A stretch of 64,000 nucleotides of DNA from Octopus sinensis (Eukaryota), in NCBI RefSeq assembly GCF_006345805.1, contig NC_043011.1:55812464-55876463 (forward strand), given 5' to 3'. Of this stretch, positions 13,361-25,850 are shown piece after piece. The translations under genes were made by a program, and so were the position numbers. The notes beneath the pieces were generated by a model that was not told the DNA's origin, ran no database searches, and was given only the letters and a program-made list of their open reading frames with translations. Every line of letters starts with the position of its first letter. The stretch's first letter is position 1.

Positions 13361-14399
13361 CTGCAACATGCAACTTGCATGCATTTTATATGTTCAGGGT
13401 AGGTTTATAATCCAGTGCGGAATATGACAATTCATGTTGAAAATTTTATTTTAATCATATTTATTCTAGAAATCCAAGTGAAAGCAGCCCTATCAATTAA
13501 GAAATTGTGTGATGTAGAGACGACAACTTTAAGTGAATTTTTTTTTCTTTATAATTCAATCATGGGTAAATATTTAATGAGGAATAGCAGAAGATATTAC
13601 CAAAGTTTGTTTCCATTAGAGGACACAGTAAGTTTTATAAACAAGCAAGGAATATATATTTCTTAACACTTTTACATGTTCATTAGGAACACGTATAAAA
13701 AAATCATTTATTAGTTATTGCTAAAAATAAAAAGATTTTAGTACTCAGAAGTTCTTAATAGCTGAACCAAATATTTTGGTGATGGTAAACTTTAAATCAG
13801 AAAACCTAAAATGCTCATTGAAAAAAAAAAACTACCAAACAATTGTTTTATGTATATTTGATAAGAATATTTGGTTTGGATAATATAACAGTGGTTTGGT
13901 TTAAATGGGAGTGAAAATGTTTCAAATAGAAAACCCAAATAGCTGCACTGATTTCACTGTACAATATCATTAAGAAATAATAGCTATAAAAAGTAGAAGC
14001 TATCAAGTAATTTTACAGCACAATATCTTAGCAGCAACACTTCTTAAAACATAGTATTTCACGAAGGAGAACACAACCAGAAATCCATGCGGCTCTGGAG
14101 AAGCATGGCTTAGAAACTAATTCTTTAGATTTTTCCAGTAAGAGAAAAAAAAGTTAAATCTACAGATCTTTAGAAATATCACATTAATTGAAAATAAGGC
14201 ACACGATGATAAGCAAGAATCGAAAAGGAAACTCGTCAACTATATCAAACAGTCTTGTTTATCCAGTTATGGTTTCAAATTGTTTTGTGAAAAGAAAAAA
14301 AAATCATGTTTAATAACATTTATCCCAAATGTTAATTAGTCAGTTTCCATTAATTGTAATGAGATTAAAATTTGTACTTGATTGTGTTCCTGTTTTATC

Positions 14400-15000
14400 C
14401 TGTCCTAGGATACACAGTGAAGTAACGATATACATCCATAGCCATTGCTTAAGAGCACTTGTGGGTATCGACATCTCCAGCTCTGGGTTTTGGGTTGATT
14501 CTGTCCACATAGTAATGTGTGTCTACGGGGAATCGCAGTTTAAATTGCAGTCGAGTACAAAAGAAGGGGGGAAAAAACTGAAATACATCGTATTAGTGTC
14601 GATGGTAAGGAACACGAGCTGATGCTCACCACGGAAAGTGACACACAACAGACACAGCAACTGCAGCAGTAGCAGCAGCAGAAGCAGCGCTTCAACAGAG
14701 AACTCACTCCATTTCTTTCTTTCCCTCTCCCTCTTCTTCTTCTTCACACACGCAAGCACATTATACACATGATGCAGCAGCAGCAACAATTGTATTATTA
14801 GAACAGCAGCAGCAGCAGCTGCTTCGACTGTTTTGAAAATTTTCTTTGCTGCACAAAATAGATGGAGAGGTAGACATACAACTGCACGAGGTTCACATCA
14901 AACTTACAGTCGGCTGCTGCTGTCTATTGACTAAAATATTATCGATAAAACTGTGAAAAGTACGATTGCCAAACGAGGATAATTACTGACAAACTTATTA
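14400..15000 (-). promoter_or_regulatory. candidate internal promoter / non-coding first exon region
   Basis: CpG-retaining non-repeat island with (CAG)n and (CTT)n tracts. Minus-strand TCAGT Inr-like motif (A at 14987) and donor CGACT|gtaagt at 14907. Confidence 0.45.
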
Positions 15001-15272
15001 GCATTTTCCTAATATACACATCTCCCTGATTAACTCTCAGCTAGAAAGCTTCCTTCTTTATTCAGAGCAACAACAACAAAAAAATTTAGTAAACTACATT
15101 TTCAGTTGTTTCACAGTGTTTAAGATGTAAGTGTATATAAGTGTATATATAGTTCAAAATATAGATTTGCTTTTATGATTTGGTACATTTGAAGTAGATT
15201 TCCAAAGTAGGAACTTTTTGAAACAGTTTTAGACCATTTTTTGTTAAATATAAGAACTGTAAATCAAAATCA

Positions 15273-15813
15273 CATTCGATGACTGGCATCCGTACTAGCG
15301 GGGTGCCAAGAGCACCATACGAGCGTGATCGTTGACAGAGCGGCTAACCAGCTTCAGTGCCAGTGGCACATAAAAGGCACCATTCGAGTGTGATCGTTAC
15401 CAGCGTCGCCTTACTGGCACTTGTGCCCGTGCTAGTAGGGTGCCAAGAGCACCATCCAAGCGTGATCGTTGCCAGAGCAGCTAACTGGCTTTCGTGCTGG
15501 TGGCATGTAAAAGGGCACCATTTGAGCATGATCGTTACCAACATCACCTTACTGGCACCTGTGCTGATGGCATGTGTAAAAATATTCGAGCGAGGTCGTT
15601 GCCAGTACAGCCTGACTGGCCCCTGTGCTGGTGGCACATTAAAAGCTCCCACTACACTCTCGGAGTGGTTGGTGTTAGGAAGGGCATCCAGATGTAGAAA
15701 CTCTGCCAGATCAAGATTGGAGCCTGGTGCAGCCATCTGGTTCGCCAGTCCTCAGTCAAAATCGTCCAACCCATGCTAGCATGGAAAGCGGACGTTAAAC
15801 GATGATGATGATG
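15273..15813 (+). mobile_element. long RTE 3'-UTR repeat (family B) with tandem internal modules
   Basis: About five ~50-bp modules built around gtgcc-Rgt-ggcac-Rtaaaa-Rgcacc, then the ggaagggcatccag core and acgttaaacgatgatgatgatg tail. Confidence 0.9.
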
Positions 15814-16269
15814 TAACATGAAAGAATTGAATAAAGATTCTGCCTTCTGATAACGCTTAGAGCCATATTCCTGCAGCAAAAGTAGCAGGTGGCTGTTAAC
15901 AGTTCTGTTAAACTAGAACCTGATTTTACTCCATTTCTTCTAATGTTTACAATAATAAAACAGAAACAAATCATAGATTATGGGGCTCAAACACTAGACA
16001 CAAGTGACAAAGGTTCACATGAAATGGATAAATTCAGTGAGTGAAAGGACTAGGGAGAGGAAGAGGGTGTAGATAGAACTCTGGTTAAGTTCCAATAGAT
16101 AGTGACTCCAGCTTTTGTTAGTCAGAAAGTAGGGGTTTTTCTTCCCCTCATTAAAACCGTTCTATCAGATGTGTGTAGAAATTATTTGATTGTATGATAA
16201 AACAATACACACACTAAAGGCAGAAGATATTCAGAATTAAAAGTATCAGGTAAGCAATAATAACAAAAA

Positions 16270-17426
16270 TCTACTCCTCTCAGGTAGGTGGCGCTGTTTT
16301 ATTTGTAGGAAAGGTTTTAGCAGGAACTCCATGCGTTGTACTCAGTGTAAGCTGTGGACACACAAGAGGTGCAGTGGAGTAACAGGAAGGTTATCAGAGA
16401 AGATAGTTTGTATACATGGAAGATGCACAGGATCCATAAAAATTTTAGAGACCCAGAAAATTGATTCTCTTAAATGCTCTGGTGGTTCATTAGAGGTAGC
16501 AGATAATTTCCTCTACCTAGGGGACCAAATTAGTAGTGGGGTAGGATGCACAGAGAGTGTGATAGCTAGAATAAGAACAGGAGAGAGGAAATTCAGAGAG
16601 CTGTTACCTCTGTTGGCCATGAAAGGATTTTCACTCTGGGTGAAAGGAAGGTTGTATGATGCATGTATAGGGACAGCAATTCATTCTAGGTGGTAGTGAG
16701 ACATGGGCCCTGAATACAGAAGACACACGAAAGTTAGAGAGGAATGAGGCTAGTATGCTCTGCTGGATGTGTAATGTAAGTGTACATGTTTGACAGAGTG
16801 CTAGCATATTGAGAGAGAAGTTAGACATAAGAGGAATTGGTTGCTGTGTGCAAGAGAGAAGACTGTGCTGGTTTGGCCATGTGATGCAGATGGATGCCAA
16901 CAGCTCCATAAAGTGGATGAAACATGTGGAAGTGGAAGACCCAAGAAGACATGGGACGAATGACTTCAGGACACTGAACCTTTCAGGCAAGATGACTAAG
17001 GACTGAGATATCTGATGCCTTGCTGTATTCAAGAAGACCCAGAAGTGTTAAGACTGATCCCTCTGGTGGTGATATGTACTTGTGCGGGTGCCACATAAGG
17101 GTGCCCAGGCAGTACCATGTAAAGCGCTAATGTGGTACCACGTAAAAGTGCCTGTACCATGTAAAGTGCTAATGCAGTACCACGTAAAAGTGCCTGTACC
17201 ATGTAAAGCGCTAATGCGGTACTACGTAAAAGCGCCTGTGTGGGTGCCACATAAAAGCACCTAACACACTTTGTAAAGTGGTTGGTGTTAGGAAGGGCAT
17301 TGAGCTGTAGAAACAGGGCCAAATCAGACTGGAGCCTGGTGCAGCTCCCCATCTTGCAAGCTCTGGTCAAGCCATCCAACCCATGCTAGCATGGACAACA
17401 GACATTATATAATGATGATGATGATG
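16270..17426 (+). mobile_element. RTE LINE, 5'-truncated (RT C-terminus plus 3' UTR and (GAT)n tail)
   Basis: CFICRKG...CTQCKLWTHKRC, EVADNFLYLGDQIS, ARIRTG..KFRELLPLL, ERRLCWFGHVMQMD. Continues into family-B sequence with three 42-bp tandem repeats (17111-17236). Confidence 0.92.
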
Positions 17427-17653
17427 TTTACTCTGAGAAGAAATCAGAGTTGAAGTAAGAAGTTAAATGTCAGTAAAATATTTCAAGAAGACAACTCAAG
17501 TGGGAATGAAAATGGATGATTGCTAAATGGAAAGTTGTAAAGAATGACAAGGGATATTTACAAAACAGATAAAAGTTCTTCGAAGAAGTAAGGTTGATAT
17601 TTAAAAAAAAAAAAAAAAGACTTATGTCAAATTGATAGGAATTCTATCACTTT

Positions 17654-17818
17654 ATGGTCATTTTCCATGCTGGTAGGAGTCGGAATGGTTGTTACAGCCA
17701 GAGTCATTTCTTATTGGTGCTCATACATCTCATCTGGTTGGGTTTCTACACATGGATGCCCCTTCCACCAGCAATTTCTCTACACAGTGCGCTGGGTGGA
17801 TTTTCTTGTGGTGCCAAC
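17654..17818 (-). mobile_element. old family-B RTE 3'-UTR copy
   Basis: Degenerate tttccatgct...tttctac...ggatgccccttcc...gtgcc. Confidence 0.6.
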
Positions 17819-18444
17819 ACAAGGGTTGTCAGTAAGGGGGAAAAGGAAAGAGAAGAATAAGAGCAGAACAGCCAGAAAAGGGTAGGAGAGGGGGGAGGGG
17901 ATAAGAGTGTGAGAGTCAAGTATAGTCAGAGTAGGGGAGAGAGAAGGATTTAAAGAGATCTGGAAGAGTAGAATGGCCTGAGAGGGTTGAAGGGACAGAT
18001 ATGGGGGAGAGGAGTTGAAAGGGGTAGTGACTGGCAATAAGAGAGGGAAACAAAAAAGGTAGGAGATAAGATAAATGCAACAGTAAGTAATGGGTGGCAA
18101 TGGAGGTGACACACAGGAGTGAGAGTCATGGCTGGTAGTAGAGCAAAGTTAAAGCTACAGATGGAAAGGGATGGAGGGTGATCCAGTGCAACTTGGATGT
18201 GGGCCCAGAGAAGAGCAAGGGAGGGAGGTCAGGGCGAAATGGATGGAGCAATCTGTACAGTGGAGTGAGAGGAAGATGAGAGATGGATAGTCATGAATGA
18301 TGAAGATGCGAGAGTCATGGGGTAAAGAGTGAGAGGTGGGGATGCACGAGGGTGCCAGATTAAGGCGAGGACAGAAAATAACAAAACAAAAATATCAATT
18401 ATCTTTACTTAAGTGTCATATCTATATATATGTATGTGTGTAAA

Positions 18445-18523
18445 CAGGGATGGCCATAAGTTGCTTTACCAAGGTCTAATAATAATAAACATGCATGGGT
18501 CAAGTGACTTATGGCCATCCCTG
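18445..18523. mobile_element. 79-bp Tc1/mariner-type MITE
   Basis: Perfect 17-bp TIRs cagggatggccataagt / acttatggccatccctg. Right flank is TA; left flank is AA (TA presumably mutated). Confidence 0.7.
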
Positions 18524-18800
18524 TATATAAGGACCAATTACTTATCAGAAAATGTGCATTGAATTAATATCAAACATTAAAATCTTTCTCACTTATTGCA
18601 ATCACTAAATTAAAAAAAAAACCCTATTAAGATATTCAAAAACATGTCAAACAACCAGCCAAATGGAAGAGAATCACACTCTACACACAAACAGTGTGTA
18701 GAACGTGACTGCAGACTTGACTGAAACACAAGAGATACAGCGAAAGAGTAGATTCTGGGGGAATTAGAGATGGTCTGTGTTGGTAAATAGAACAAAGGTA

Positions 18801-19031
18801 GGCGGTGAGCTGGCAGAAACGTTAGCACGCCAGGCGAAATGCGTGGCCGTATTTCGTCTGCTGTTACGTTCTGGGTTCAAATTCCGCCGAGGTTGACTTT
18901 GCCTTTCATCCTTTCGGGGTCGATAAATTAAGTACCAGTTATGTACTGGGGTTGATGTAATCGACTTAATCCGTTTGTCTGTCCTTGTTTGTCCCCTCTG
19001 TGTTTAGCCCCTTGTGGGTAGTGAAGAAATA
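18801..19031 (+). mobile_element. tRNA-derived SINE family A, full length
   Basis: Near-consensus copy ggcggtgagctggcagaaacgttagcacg...gtgggtagtgaagaaata. Confidence 0.92.
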
Positions 19032-20273
19032 TATAAGAGTGGAATAAATGTTGAGTTGGAAGGTAGAAGAGAAGTTAAAATGTTTCAAGTGGATCCGTTT
19101 GGAAAGGAGCTGTTTGTAGGTTTGTTGGAAGACAGCAAGGACTTTCAATTTCTAGGATCATATTGTACAAAAGAGTTTAATTTCAGAAAAGACAACAACA
19201 TGGGACTTTGCAACTGGTTATGTAAAGGAGAACAAATTAGAAATAATCTGCTTATTTTCAGCAGATATTATATCACAGTCATATACCTTAGTTTATATAT
19301 GTGGGAATGTGTGTGTGTATTTGAGCTGTGAAGAGAAATTCCAGTGACGTCTGGTTTCTTAAAAGCTACATTAATTAATAGAGTGAAACAGGCAGAACAT
19401 AATTAAAAATATATTTCTATATTTAAAGTAAATTATTGCTTTTTCATGTTTATAATAAACTACATTTTTATCATCATCATTATTAAAGTAGTAAGTCGAC
19501 AGATTAATCAGTTTTTGTTTCATTTCTCTACATTCTAAGTACAAATCTAATCAGAATTACTTAATCTTAAGGCTGATTATATAGTTATATATTGGGGGAA
19601 ATTTAGTTAAGCCTGGCCTTGAATCTGTTAATAATAATAATCATTAGAGGAAGAGATATCATAAATGGTGGGGGGTGGGCAAGCTTAATTTAGAATATTA
19701 GTTCTGAGTTCAAATCCTCTTGAAATAAAAGTTCTTTTTAATTTAAAAAAGAAAATTTTGGTGAGGAAAGAAGGCAGTGCCCAAGACTGTTTACAGAGCC
19801 TCAGAAATTGGTGGATGGGAGGGAGAGGAGTCTCTTTAAATTGGCTTCAATACTTGCAACAGAATGGACTCTAAAAGATGCAAAGTGGTGATGTTAAACC
19901 ATGGATCAAGTCTACCACTGAAGATTAAGAAAAAATTCAATCAATTGAAATTTTTCTCTGAAAATTGGTTACAGGTTTAGTCAAAATAAAATCATTTTTG
20001 TTTGACTAATTTCTTTCATATTCACAGCAAGATTTCATGTCCATTTCTCTGAAAATTTGATGCTTCAGTCAATTTGCAAAGTATTGATTTCTGTATTTTT
20101 TCAATCGGATGTCCTTGATTAACCTTCAGGTGAGAGTGGACCCTATTTTTTCACACAGACTTAATTAGATGACATAACTTTGCAAACCCTTATATTAATA
20201 CGAAACCCTTAACAAATAATTGAGTAAATCACTAACATGTGGGGAAATCACATGATCATCATCATCATCATTA

Positions 20274-20641
20274 ATGCAGCAGATTAGCAGAGATGTGTTA
20301 TCTGTTCTGACTCTTTATACTCTGAATTCAAATCCCACCAACATCGACTTTGCTTTTCATCCTTTCATGGTCGAGAAAATTAACGGAGTCCAAGGCAGCC
20401 ATTCACTCCCTCCTCACAAAATTACGAACCTTCTGCCTAAATTACAAGCAATTATCACCAGACAAAATGCTTGGCAGCATTTCATTCGCTTTTACATTTT
20501 GAATTCAAATTTTGCCGAGGTTGACTTTGCCTTTCGTCCTTTCAGGGTTGATAAAATAAGTACCAATGAAACACTGGGGTCGATGTAATCAACTAGTCCC
20601 CCTCCCCCAAAATTTCAGGCCTTGTGCCTTTAGAAGAAAGG
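20274..20641 (+). mobile_element. two adjacent diverged SINE A/A2 copies
   Basis: Core ttcaaat...gactttgc...ttcRtcctttc occurs twice; the second ends in the A2 tail cctcccccaaaatttcaggccttgtgcctttagaagaaagg. Confidence 0.75.
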
Positions 20642-22810
20642 GATGGGCTTCTAGATTCACTTATTCCACATTTCTGACAAACAAACAACTTTATTTTCCT
20701 TTAAGTATTTCTACTAATTGCAAATAATGTCTCATAAAAACAGATTGTTTTTCCTTTGCCTCAATATAAAGATGAACTGCAAATGAGAGATGTCAGCTCT
20801 CTCAGCCTAGCATTTACTTCATTTAATAAAACAAGCTGTTAACAGAAAAAAAAAATTAATTAAAAGCTAAAATATCATGAAATAATTCCTTTTTTTTTAA
20901 ATATTTATTTCCATTAAGATTATCATCAATCAGATAATACAAAAACACCTAAAATATCAATTTCAGAATAAAATCATAAAAAAACCCCCATTAATATTTT
21001 AACATCCACAACATACTCTCTTTCACACAAAAATGGTTGCAGTTTGGACTCATTTCTTCTTCACTTAAACAATTTCCTACACTCGATTTATGGGAGGAAA
21101 AATAGGAAAATCCTGAAATCTGGCTGGTTAAGTGTTTTTTAATCTGGTTACTATGATATTTGCCGAGACAATAGGACTCAAACCATGAAGGAACATTGAT
21201 ACATTTAATACATCAGAAATCAGACAATAGCCTTACTTCAAAGACTATTGAAAAAGTAAATAGCATTTTAAAAAGCATATTAAATCTTGAATGAAGAAAA
21301 ATATTGAAACAAAAGAACTGAAGCCTACTTTAGTGAAGTTTTCCATTGCAGCATCGTTAAATCTCCAGTGAAAAACATAAATGTGAGAAGAATCTTCACT
21401 TCTCAACCAATCAATTATAATGAAAATAAATGAGGAGAGTAATTACTATGATAAGGTTCTGAAGAGAAATTAAGTAAAGTATTATCTAAGTATTATCATG
21501 ATATTCCTATATCAATTATCAACCCAGACAACCAGAGATACATATTTGTTGGTTTTAGCTTTCATGGAGAAACCAGAGAAATATTTACGAATATCGTTTA
21601 TGGGTTGGATTGTTGACTCCATTTAGTTTTCATTAATAAATTACAGAACAACTTGGTTTGGTTTTTATTTTCTTCCTACATACACTGTTGGATAAAGCCT
21701 CAGCAACTTTGCTGGCCAATTGCAGTTTGGAGAGGGTGCCCATGGGGTGGGATGATCAGCCCTGGTTATTAGCACTCATTAATATAACCTAATTTTCAAC
21801 TTTTACAACATATACACAAACCAACAAGGGAGTCTGTGTGGTGGAACAAATTGCTTAAAACAACAGCCAGTTCTCCCACATATCATATTCTACCATCATA
21901 AAAAGGTATGGATACACACTGGACCATAGACTCAGTTTTAGAATTAGATGCACATTAGATTGAGATTGTCATAATTGGAATGCCTCTGATCATAGGTTTC
22001 TTCCTTCAAGAGCTTCACCTAGAGCTAAACAAACATCAAATACATTTCTTTGGTGATATTAGTACAAACTCTTCAACAAGCTCTCGACCACCAACCAGAA
22101 AAATAAACATTGTTAAATACAGCAGACATTGTTTTTGTACTCCAAATATATTACAATTCCTGATTCTTTTACAATTAAGAATGGAATACTTGACGCTTAA
22201 ATGGCTCTGCTTAAATAGGGGTGATTAGAGGTTGGGGAGTGGGGGTCAGTAGAATTAGAGGTTCGGGTCAGCAGATTAGAGTGGGGGTCAGCAGAATGCT
22301 TCTTGAACAAAGGGTGAGGTTTGATCAACCTTGATCATGTCATTTGGACAAAAGGGTCTGTTGCAACACTGGAAACACTCGGTGAGTCCAGGAGAGTACA
22401 ATACTGAGGGTTGTGTCCAAGTATTGCTTGTCTAAAAGGATGAAAAACTCTCCTGCTTCTTATCATTCCTCAAACAACTGTTAAAATGCAATAAGGGGAA
22501 AAAGTCACCATTCTTCAATTAATAGTTTTCATTGAGTTGTTCTTTGAAACCTCATTTCTCATTTATGTAATCTTTCTTCCAAGAGCCTTTACCAAGTTCT
22601 TCTTCGTTCTCCCAACTCAATTGTCATTATTAACTGTTGCTTCTATGAACTTCAGTCAACCATGGTTCTGCTCTTGGTCAAAATATCCTCAGCACTGTGA
22701 GACCAGATATTTAAAGTTTCTTAATACACACTTGCTGCCAGTTCAAATATGTTTGAGACATATTGAAACCCATAAACAAAGCCATTCAATGTATTTACAC
22801 TGATTTGTCT

Positions 22811-22981
22811 AACACACTTTGTAAAGTGGTTGGTGTTAGGAAGGGCATCCAGCTGTAGAAACACTGCCAGATCAGACTGGAGCCTGGTGCAGCCTCCTGG
22901 CTTCCCAGACCTCAGTCGAACCGTCCAACCCATACCAGCATAGAAAACGGACGTTAAACGATGATGATGATGATGATGATG
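22811..22981 (+). mobile_element. family-B RTE 3'-UTR copy, 5'-truncated
   Basis: High-identity terminal ~170 bp with (GAT)n tail. Confidence 0.92.
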
Positions 22982-23481
22982 AACTCTTCTTTACAGGAGA
23001 AATGCTTCATACTTTCTTCATCAATTCAAAAAGCATTAATACAACCTGTTAAAGTATTTTCTTATAATTCTTCTACAACATCACTTACGCTGTCTCACAG
23101 CATAAGATCATGCTACAAGTTTGCCTCACAATAATAGCAATTAACAGCTTTGAAATTTCCCAACAGAGCAATCATTCAAATGTAGTTAGCTTTCACTTAT
23201 ATCATTTCACTTATTCTTGAAGTTTGTTGTGGAATGTTTTGTAAAGTACAACAAGCATGCTGATGAAGCAGTCAAGAATTGGTAACACCTCTGATCATTG
23301 ATGGTTCTGGAACATTATCAAATGGTCATTGGAATTTCTTCAACATGTCAGTTTATTTTATTAATTGTGTGATCTCTTTTATAAAAATTCCTTTAGGTAT
23401 AAGTGTGCCCAGGGAGAATCTTTGTGGTGTTAGTAACCAATGTGTCCCTCTTAAAGTTGGTCACCTATATCTTTTCAGCAC

Positions 23482-23779
23482 CATCATCATCATCGTTTAA
23501 CGTCCGCTTTCCATGCTAGCATGGGTTGGACAGTTCAACTGGGGTCTGGGAAGCCAGGAGGCTGCACCAGGCCCAGTCTGATCTGGCAGTGTTTCTACAG
23601 CTGGATGCCCTTCCTAACGCCAACCACTCTGTGAGTGTAGTGGGTGCTTTTTACATGCCACCGGCACAGGTGCCAGGGGAGGCTGGCAACAGCCACGATC
23701 GGTTGATTCTTTTTACGTACCACCGGCATGGAGGCCAGTCGGGGCGGCGCTGGCAACAGCCATGTTTGGATGGTTCTTT
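23482..23779 (-). mobile_element. family-B RTE 3'-UTR copy
   Basis: Starts catcatcatcatcgtttaacgtccgc; includes internal hairpin modules. Confidence 0.92.
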
Positions 23780-23811
23780 AAATAAATCACCGGAGATGAA
23801 AGACTACTTAC

Positions 23812-23889
23812 TTTTGTCGACAATGCAATTTGGTTACAACTGAGTTTCCTCAAAGTAGCAATCTTGGGAGACATTCCTGAACTGCACAT
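23812..23889 (-). other. candidate alternative first coding exon (MCSSGMSPKIATLRKLSCNQIALSTK, phase 0)
   Basis: 26 open codons from ATG to AAA|gtaagt in non-repeat sequence; could arise by chance. Confidence 0.25.
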
Positions 23890-24678
23890 TTTAGAGAAAG
23901 TGCATGCTATGCTTTTAGATTTGCTGTTTTAAATATTTGGCAATGGCACCACACTGTGTTTCAGTATGAAGAGTTCAGATCTTGATTCACTCAGCTACTA
24001 ATACTGAGCTCCAATTGTTGGTGCCTCCCCACATGAAACCACTCTTGATTTTATGATACAAGCTTCCAGTTTTAAAGTGATCTAAATGAAAACCATTCGT
24101 CGAAATTTCATGTCCAAACACCAGCATAATTACTAAATTCATTATTTTCATGATTAATTCAAACAAAAGCAACAGAAATTAGGTAACAAAACGGTTAAAT
24201 AAACTGCACTCTTACTCTAAATGCATGGCTTTTTGCCAACATCTAAATTAATAATAGATATTTCGAAACACTGTTTAATATTTTTCACTCAAACCTTATT
24301 TCTGTAAAAATCAAAAATAAACTCTCCATTTTCAAAACATTCTCAAACAAAGGAGAAATAAAATGGTAATGAGGGTGCCGGGAGGGGCAGTATAAATATT
24401 GAGAAAGTGGAAAAGGAAGGGAGAATGGTTTTTGTACAAAAGAGGTTTATAAAATGACCAGGAATTCATTTCAATAAGTTATTTCAGTTTTTGTATTGTT
24501 TATCATCATAATCAAGTTGAAGTTGATAAATTTTTTTAAACACATTTGGCACATGTTGAAGCAGACAAGCAACCAAATTATCTTTACAAATATATGAATT
24601 TTGAATCCTTATTCTATTAACTTGTAATAACTGCCCAAGGCCAAACCTAATTCTACAGCACAAAACTTATTGCCTTAA

Positions 24679-24898
24679 CCCTTTAGTGTTTAAACTGGCC
24701 ATATCTGGCCAAAATATTCTACCTGTTTTATGTTCAAACTAGTCAGATATGGTCATTCATAGCTAACTTATTGTGTCATTTTAAAAATAAACAATCACAA
24801 CATTGAAATCTCAAAGCCATGAAATGATGCAAGATTAATTTTACATGGTGTGAATACCTAAGCTTTACATTTGACAGAATCATCTGAATGCTAAAGGG
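24679..24898. mobile_element. piggyBac-like MITE (220 bp)
   Basis: TTAA on both sides, TIR ccctttag...ctaaaggg. A second copy lies in opposite orientation at 58241-58462. Confidence 0.85.
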
Positions 24899-25499
24899 TT
24901 AACCCATTCATATTCAGATTAAAAATTCCCATCCTAATGTCATGTAAGAATCTTTTGTTTAGTAATGTAGTAACACAAGAAGTTTAGTAATATGGTTAGT
25001 TATTTTACTGGGAAGTCTGGAATATCAGGTAAATGCCATCCACAAAGTGACAGTGGACATTAAAAAGGACAACTCTGGGTCATTCATGGTCAAAAATCAC
25101 ATGATGAATAATGTGAAACATTTTCTCTCTCTTGGAATTATGGTGTTCACTAAAGGGAGATTAAGAAATAGGAGTCAAACTTTCAACATTTTAATGCCTG
25201 TCTACAAAACAAAGACTTTTCTGATGTATTATCCACCCGGTTGGGTAACTTGCCTGGACCAATGCAACTCTTCCATGCCAGAAGGCTCAATGTTGTCTTT
25301 GTATCCCCAACTTGATAGCCAGCGTCTTCCACAAGTTGATCAACATCTGCTTTTCTTGATCTGCTGAGACCTGCATTCACGTGCTTCCGGAAAAGGAGAT
25401 TGCTGGATATTTCATCTTTGAATGCCTGACATATTAAATCAAGAATTTTTAATATCCCCAGCAAATCTATCTTCCAGCTGGCACCAACCAATATTGAAT

Positions 25500-25850
25500 G
25501 AATGCACAGAGTTCCAAACATGCTCCAGAAATATCCTTTAGATTAGATATCCAAAAAATTTGTGAACAACAAAAACCTCTGGGCCAAAGTCAAGTAGAAA
25601 CCCATTGGCCAACAAACAACAAGAGAAAAGTGAAGATAGATTGACTCTGTATTAAATGGATGAGAAGAATGTTTGGCAAGGCAAGCCATGGATTGAAACC
25701 AAAAGAAAAGAAGGGCATCTGAGGATCATCTGGTGAAGACAGATTGAAGAGGAACTGAAAATGACAAGGATAACATGGAACCAAGGGAAAAGAAACGGTA
25801 CACGGCAAAACATGTTGGAAGGCTGTGGGGTAATGATGATGATGATGATG
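25500..25850 (+). mobile_element. decayed RTE LINE 3' end with (GAT)n tail
   Basis: Broken frames VNNKNLWAK, KQAMDXNQKKRR and IIWXRQIEEELKMTRITWN resemble an RTE C-terminus; gatgatgatgatg tail. Confidence 0.7.

Noticed and set aside
14329-14622. 97-aa plus-strand ORF with apparent acceptor (tcctag) and donor (gtaagg)
   Set aside because: No recognisable homology or partner exons on the plus strand; better explained as the antisense of a GC-richer promoter island. Not fully excluded.
15273-15660. Repeat-spacer-like periodicity resembling a CRISPR array
   Set aside because: Eukaryotic context, degenerate repeats, spacers related to each other, no cas genes; it is a retroelement UTR.
15344-15879. 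Overlapping ORFs of 67-140 aa, and similar DLAVFLQLDALP ORFs at 22721, 23526, 36800, 47344, 60700, 62579
   Set aside because: All are translations of the GC-rich non-coding family-B RTE 3' UTR.
17830-18370. Purine-rich tracts with ORFs (also 8400-8700 and 34780-35060)
   Set aside because: Low-complexity GA/CT-rich sequence that lacks stops on one strand; the peptides are compositionally biased.
21237-21266. MLFTFSIVFE|gtaagg phase-0 mini-exon candidate
   Set aside because: AT-rich context without CpG or promoter features; consistent with chance.
21000-23470. Possible decayed transposase or LINE coding debris
   Set aside because: I could not recover a diagnostic motif in any frame.
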